DNA of 64,000 bases, from positions 424 to 64,423 of IMG/VR virus record IMGVR_UViG_3300035696_002955. One strand, given 5' to 3'. Numbering within the stretch: position 1 is the first letter of the stretch; each line of letters opens with the position of its first letter. The position numbers and the translations under genes are program-made. The notes beneath the pieces are model-generated. The model searched no databases and had not been told where the DNA came from. It saw only the letters and a list, made by a program, of their open reading frames with translations. The stretch is from a virus. Its lineage: Duplodnaviria > Caudoviricetes. Shown here one piece after another: positions 59,721-64,000 of this stretch.

Positions 59721-61042
59721 CAGAATGCGATCTCCTCATCTCCGTCTGCATCCCAGGTTCTGTGCTCTTCTCCGGTCCCGTCGTCAACGGATGCGTCGCG
59801 CGTGATGGTGTACTCGACCTTGTTCTCGGTAAGAGCCACGTCCTTGATGGCGTTGTCGATGATCTCGCGCTTCTTCGCCTTCAGGTAGCTCTTGAGTTGG
59901 GTCGAGCCGATGCGGAGATTGAGAAACCACGGCTTGCCGCCGCGCTTTGGCTGGAGGTCTTCGGGGTTGGCGTTCTGCCAGTCGAGCAGCCGGTCCACGA
60001 CGGGCAGCGTGAAGCCGCCCTGGCCGTCCTCGGCGAATAGCGGGAAGGTGATCTTCTGCTTCTCGACAGGACCAAAGCTGTAGACCTTGCCGTTCGCGTC
60101 CTGCGAGTAGATGCTTGCGCCGGTGCCTTCTACGTGCTGCTTGAGCGCCTGGTCGTTCACGCGCTTCATGGCGTCATGCACCAGCCGCCAGTTCAGCCGG
60201 TCGTCCGGCTTCATGTTGGTCATGGGATTGAGCCGCATGATGGGGCACTGCACATCTTCAGGCGCCAGCACGCAGGGACAGTAGGCGCAATGGCTGCCGC
60301 CGCGGGTGCGCAGCGGCATCTGATCGGCCACCTTCTCGTGAATCTCCCGCTGGCGGTTGCGCACGCGGCGCACGTCCTCCATCATCTGCGGAACATCGGC
60401 GCGGAAATACTTGTGCGTCGTGACCACGTTGGCATAGCGCACGAACTTCAGGCCGAACTCAACTTCGGTCAGTTCGGGCAGGTGCATCATCAGCATCAGG
60501 TTGTAGAGCTTGCCTTGGAAGGAATCCGCCGGGAACGCGCGGGGATGCGATTTCCAGTCCACGATGCGCGCCACCTTGCCGCCGGGCATCAGATAGATGG
60601 TGTCGAGGATGCCGCAATAGGCGGGAGTCTTGTCGGTGCCGGGGAAGTCCCACACGTCGCTGATCTCCACGCGCTGCAAGTCGTGGTCGACGCTCCACGT
60701 TGCCTGGAAGTCGCGGTCAAGGCCCATGCTGATTTCAGCGGCCATGAAGTTCTGCCAGTCGATCGTCAGTGACTCGCGGCAGGACTCAAGAATCTCGGCG
60801 GCCTCATCTCCCAGGGACGTGCAGAGGAATTCGAGGTACATGAAGTCGGCCGGGACGTGCTTCTTGGCGCAATGCTCGGCGTACTGTGCGAGCACCGCGT
60901 GAATATCTGTGCCGCGGTCAGACTGCTGGGTGTTCGGTGGCTTGATGCCGTCGATGTAGACCAGCTTGTAGCAGTACTCGCACGCCATCGTTTCCATGCG
61001 CGACTGGCTTAGCGGAGGTGGTATCGCAAGTGCTTGGCCCAT
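59720..61042 (-). CDS. PD-(D/E)XK exonuclease (RecB/Cas4-like)
   Basis: LSQSR...C..C, GTDIH, GILD...IVDWKS, HCAYCP...CP; AAAGGAG SD before ATG 61042. Confidence 0.85.
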   Translation of the reverse strand: MGQALAIPPPLSQSRMETMACEYCYKLVYIDGIKPPNTQQSDRGTDIHAVLAQYAEHCAKKHVPADFMYLEFLCTSLGDEAAEILESCRESLTIDWQNFMAAEISMGLDRDFQATWSVDHDLQRVEISDVWDFPGTDKTPAYCGILDTIYLMPGGKVARIVDWKSHPRAFPADSFQGKLYNLMLMMHLPELTEVEFGLKFVRYANVVTTHKYFRADVPQMMEDVRRVRNRQREIHEKVADQMPLRTRGGSHCAYCPCVLAPEDVQCPIMRLNPMTNMKPDDRLNWRLVHDAMKRVNDQALKQHVEGTGASIYSQDANGKVYSFGPVEKQKITFPLFAEDGQGGFTLPVVDRLLDWQNANPEDLQPKRGGKPWFLNLRIGSTQLKSYLKAKKREIIDNAIKDVALTENKVEYTITRDASVDDGTGEEHRTWDADGDEEIAF

Positions 61043-61060
61043 AGCGGTGGGCTCCTTTCG

Positions 61061-61157
61061 GGTTGAATGTGCTGCCGTCTCGGCTCCCAGAGGAATGCTC
61101 CGGGGCAAGCTGTTTGCTGTGGCCATTGGAGCGGAGCCGAGACGGCAGGACACAACC
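61061..61157. other. Long intergenic hairpin with a perfect 16-bp stem
   Basis: CTGCCGTCTCGGCTCC (61072-61087) / GGAGCCGAGACGGCAG (61133-61148), plus inner GCTCC/GGAGC and outer GGTTG/CAACC pairing. Confidence 0.75.
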
Positions 61158-61253
61158 TGCCTTGTTGCTTGCGCGACCTGCCCGTTTAGCTTGCCTTCGC
61201 GAAGTGGTACGGGCGCATCGTCGGTGCCTCTTGCGAGGGGCCGCGCAATCTCT

Positions 61254-62486
61254 CTACCAGGCGTCTTCCTCGATCGGAGGAGGAGCAGAACTGGTATGGG
61301 TGGGGGTAGGGGATTGCTCAACAGGATCAGGAGAGTCCTGCGGCGGCTCGGCGTCGGGGTTCTCGGCTTGCGCGGCCTTTGCGTGCTTCGCGGCTTCCTT
61401 CTCGGGATCGGTCTTTTTCTCTTCCGTCTTCTTGCTGCTGCCGTCGTTGCGCTTCTTGGCGACTTCGGCGGTGAGCCACTCCAACAATTCTTTGCCGCGA
61501 CCCACATACTTGGCTTTGGTCTTGCGGATCTGAGCCGGGGGAATTTCCAGCTTCTCGAACTCGGCCGCGATCAGCGTGTCCAAGTCTTCGTCTCCGCCCT
61601 CTTCCTTAGCCGCCAGTACCGCCTTCCAAGTGGTTTGCCCCTCGGAGATGCCGGCATAGATCACGCGCATAGTCTCGATCTCGGCGGGGGTCAGGTCGTT
61701 GCTGTGCCCGATGTAGGCCTTCACGTCCTCGATGGAGACGCCAAGCACCGCAAAGGCGGCAAAGAGACGCTTGCGCGCGGTATCGGGATCTATTGCATCG
61801 ACGGTTCGCTGGGTGGTGCGAATCTCTTCCTTAGCCGCTTCTTTGAGCCAGCCGGGCAGCATGGAAAGAATCAGGTTGCGCTTCACCTTGCTGTACTGCG
61901 CCCGTTTGGCCGTGTCCATCTCTTCGGCAGTGGCGCGGATGATATACACGGGCTTGCCGTCGCTGTTGGTGCGCTGCGACAGGACATAATCGGTATCCTT
62001 CGTCCTGCGGCGCTCTACCGTCTTGGGAACGACGATGATCTCGCCCTCGGCCACGTTGCTCTCATAGTCGATGCGCACGGCACGAAAGACGCGCTGATTG
62101 TCGTCCTCGCCCATCGGCCAGAGGTCCACAGACACATTCTTGATGAGCGGCAGGGCCATCTCGGCAAAGCGGATGGTCAGGTCACGGATGATGTTGGGCA
62201 CCCATTGTCCGTTGTTATATTGCCCACCGCGCGGCACGCCATACATGGCGAGGCTGGACCCGTATTTCTTGGGGTCGGGGTCAATGGCGCAGAACTGTGG
62301 ACGCTTGCACTCTTTGAGGATCTTTGCCTCAATCACGTCGAAGTCTCGCGGATGCCGTTCGGACATAACGTAGGCTGATTGGATCTGCGCCTGGGCGAGT
62401 TGCTGAACCATCGAGACGTTTTGTTCGGTGTACTCGGCGAGGGCTGTGGGTGATTGAGGTACAAGTTCAAGGCTGGCGGTTGCCAT
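61254..62486 (-). CDS. Probable single-strand annealing/recombination protein
   Basis: HPRD...CKRP...YGVPRGG...TIRFAE pattern; adjacent to the exonuclease; acidic C-terminus ending EEDAW. Confidence 0.6.
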   Translation of the reverse strand: MATASLELVPQSPTALAEYTEQNVSMVQQLAQAQIQSAYVMSERHPRDFDVIEAKILKECKRPQFCAIDPDPKKYGSSLAMYGVPRGGQYNNGQWVPNIIRDLTIRFAEMALPLIKNVSVDLWPMGEDDNQRVFRAVRIDYESNVAEGEIIVVPKTVERRRTKDTDYVLSQRTNSDGKPVYIIRATAEEMDTAKRAQYSKVKRNLILSMLPGWLKEAAKEEIRTTQRTVDAIDPDTARKRLFAAFAVLGVSIEDVKAYIGHSNDLTPAEIETMRVIYAGISEGQTTWKAVLAAKEEGGDEDLDTLIAAEFEKLEIPPAQIRKTKAKYVGRGKELLEWLTAEVAKKRNDGSSKKTEEKKTDPEKEAAKHAKAAQAENPDAEPPQDSPDPVEQSPTPTHTSSAPPPIEEDAW

Positions 62487-62676
62487 GCGTTTTATTCCTC
62501 CTGCTGGCGCGTTGAGGCTCGTTCCAAAACTGTACCAATCAACTGCACCAGTTCAATTGTGATAATAGTACCTATCACCGAATGGCGCGTCAAGGCTAAA
62601 TAATGATTATTTTTGTGTGTTACTATCACTTCGTATACCGGACTTTGAATTAAGCACAATCAATAGGGGGTTTTGT
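62487..62676. promoter_or_regulatory. Divergent control region with operator-like TATCAC half-sites
   Basis: AT-rich; GTGATA-N8-TATCAC (62559-62578) and a third TATCAC at 62624. Confidence 0.55.
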
Positions 62677-62922
62677 ATGGTGGATTCATCGAACGATAAG
62701 CTGCTTACGCCGGGCGACCTGTCTACGAGGTTGGCTGTCGGCGTGGCCACGCTGGCGAATTGGCGCACACAGGGCATTGGCCCGGCATATTTGAAGACCA
62801 CGCCGGGGCAGCAGGGGCGCGTACGCTACTGGCTCTCCGACGTGAGGAAGTGGGAACAATCGCTGAACCGGATACAGCCGGCCGTGGCGCTGAACGTGGA
62901 GGCGGCCTATGACCATCTCTAA
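62677..62922 (+). CDS. Excisionase/AlpA-type HTH
   Basis: LLTPGDLSTRLAVGVATLANWR...GPAY...RVRY; upstream of the integrase. Confidence 0.85.
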   Translation: MVDSSNDKLLTPGDLSTRLAVGVATLANWRTQGIGPAYLKTTPGQQGRVRYWLSDVRKWEQSLNRIQPAVALNVEAAYDHL

Positions 62923-64000
62923 ACGCGGGGAGTTCTACCACTACCGCTTCATGCTCGATGGGCAACTCTTCCGGGGGAGCACCAAAGAGAAGTCTGTCGG
63001 CAAGGCCAAGCAGTTCGAGGCGATGCTGATGACGAAGATCCGCGAGGGCGGTGCGAATCAAGTGCTTCGAAGGGCACCCCTGCTATCAGAGTTCGCTCCT
63101 CACTTCCTGCGGCACATCGACAAGTGTGTGGAGGCTGGGCAGCTCGCTAAAAACACGCAGGAGTATTACCATCGCGGGTGGAAACTACTCTCCGAGACAG
63201 ATGTTGCGGGGAGACGCGTTGACCAGATTCATACCGCTCACGCCGCCACACTGCAATTCCCCTTCGGACCATCGACCGCCAACACGGCGCTGCGCACCCT
63301 GAGCCGGATGCTCTCCTACGCCGAGGAGAAGGGCCTTGTGAAGGCCACGCCGCGGATCAAGCTCCTACGGGAAGTACAGCGGGATGCTGTCGTCGAGCCC
63401 TGGCTGGAAGAATTGCTCCTGGAGTTTGCTCCCCCGTACCTGGGCGACGTAATCACGATCATGCTGGACGCCGGGATGCGGCCGGAAGAGGTGCGCAGGA
63501 TGCGCTGGGAGCACGTTTACCTCGACAGGAATACGATCCTGGTGCCCAACGGCAAAACCCTACGCTCCAGGCGCCACGTTGGCATCACCGACCGGATACG
63601 CGAGCGGTTGCAACGGATCATGGCAGAGCAGGGGGCCCAGCCGTCAGAGTGGGTCTTTCCGTCAACCTGTCATCCCCCGTCAGCCACCGGCCACCGCAGC
63701 GAAGAGAAAAAGATTTGGAGCAAGACGCTAACCGTGGTGCGCGCGGCTGCCAAGGAGCGCGGCTTGCCTGATGTGCCCAAGGGACTGGTCCTTTACTCCT
63801 GCCGGCACACGTTCGCTACCAACTTCCTGTCTGCTGGAGGCGACATTGGCAAGCTCATGGCAGTGATGGGGCACTCGTCGATGCTGACCTGCCAGCGATA
63901 CATCCATCCGTCCACGGCGGGATCGGCGGAACTGATGAACGAGCACAACCGGGCCAATGAGAGGGCGCTGAGTAGGCTGCATCTGGTCAAGAGCGCGTGA
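62909..64000 (+). CDS. int: Tyrosine integrase
   Basis: GMRPEE, GKT, YSCRH, MGHSS, RYIH catalytic motifs; N-terminal arm-binding domain. Confidence 0.95.
   Translation: MTISKRGEFYHYRFMLDGQLFRGSTKEKSVGKAKQFEAMLMTKIREGGANQVLRRAPLLSEFAPHFLRHIDKCVEAGQLAKNTQEYYHRGWKLLSETDVAGRRVDQIHTAHAATLQFPFGPSTANTALRTLSRMLSYAEEKGLVKATPRIKLLREVQRDAVVEPWLEELLLEFAPPYLGDVITIMLDAGMRPEEVRRMRWEHVYLDRNTILVPNGKTLRSRRHVGITDRIRERLQRIMAEQGAQPSEWVFPSTCHPPSATGHRSEEKKIWSKTLTVVRAAAKERGLPDVPKGLVLYSCRHTFATNFLSAGGDIGKLMAVMGHSSMLTCQRYIHPSTAGSAELMNEHNRANERALSRLHLVKSA

Larger units (their letters stand above)
420..61340. repeat. Dispersed octamer CAGGACTC/GAGTCCTG, at least 33 exact copies
   Basis: Manual scan: plus-strand CAGGACTC at 420,1287,3936,4396,5847,9926,10413,12243,16041,18320,23170,25984,39670,40417,45599,50351,51443,53622,58122,58968,60780; GAGTCCTG at 12335,12470,15094,16168,31478,31760,32021,35753,36650,43070,45761,61333. 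Confidence 0.9.
1..64000. mobile_element. Temperate tailed phage/prophage, podovirus-like (no tape measure, P22/T7-like ejection module)
   Basis: Portal-scaffold-capsid-adaptor-nozzle-ejection-terminase block, lysis genes, replication/recombination genes and xis-int all in one contiguous sequence; no housekeeping host context. Confidence 0.95.

Noticed and set aside
59720-61042. CRISPR-Cas system implied by the Cas4-like nuclease
   Set aside because: No repeat-spacer array or other cas genes seen; context is phage recombination
63990-64000. att site next to the integrase
   Set aside because: The window ends at the int stop codon and no matching repeat is identifiable at the left end

Overview
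The whole 64 kb window reads as one temperate, podovirus-type tailed phage or prophage; no host genes are visible. Left arm (1-5.6 kb): small accessory and Zn-finger genes plus a canonical chromosomal parS site. A rightward late region (5.6-45.8 kb) runs tail fibre, lysis (holin candidates, Tlde1/DUF2778 peptidoglycan enzyme), portal, scaffold, major capsid, adaptor/nozzle/tail proteins, ejection proteins, a 4291-aa methyltransferase + Strawberry-notch helicase polyvalent protein, TerS and a TerL split into ATPase and nuclease genes. A leftward early region (45.8-62.5 kb) holds a RyR-domain protein, a Tad2/DUF2829-like protein, groEL, groES, ssb, a dCMP deaminase-DUF5664 fusion, HNH genes, an intein-containing DnaB, an SbcC-like ATPase, a PD-(D/E)XK exonuclease and a probable annealing protein. 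xis-int closes the right end. The Ig-like repeat type hints at an Acidobacteriota host (inference only). Signals the gene list does not explain: (1) the octamer CAGGACTC found at least 33 times by manual scan, in both orientations and several reading frames; (2) a 124-aa gene nested out of frame in the linker of the giant protein; (3) a GroEL lacking all four inter-ring contact residues paired with a roofless GroES; (4) three Cys-paired structural-region proteins with Sec signal peptides; (5) a six-copy TGGTACTCT promoter-like motif; (6) a structured intergenic RNA with a CCA-ended 41-nt mini-tRNA-like helix. All family assignments come from motif recognition by eye, not database searches. Counts are manual and expected values are rough.
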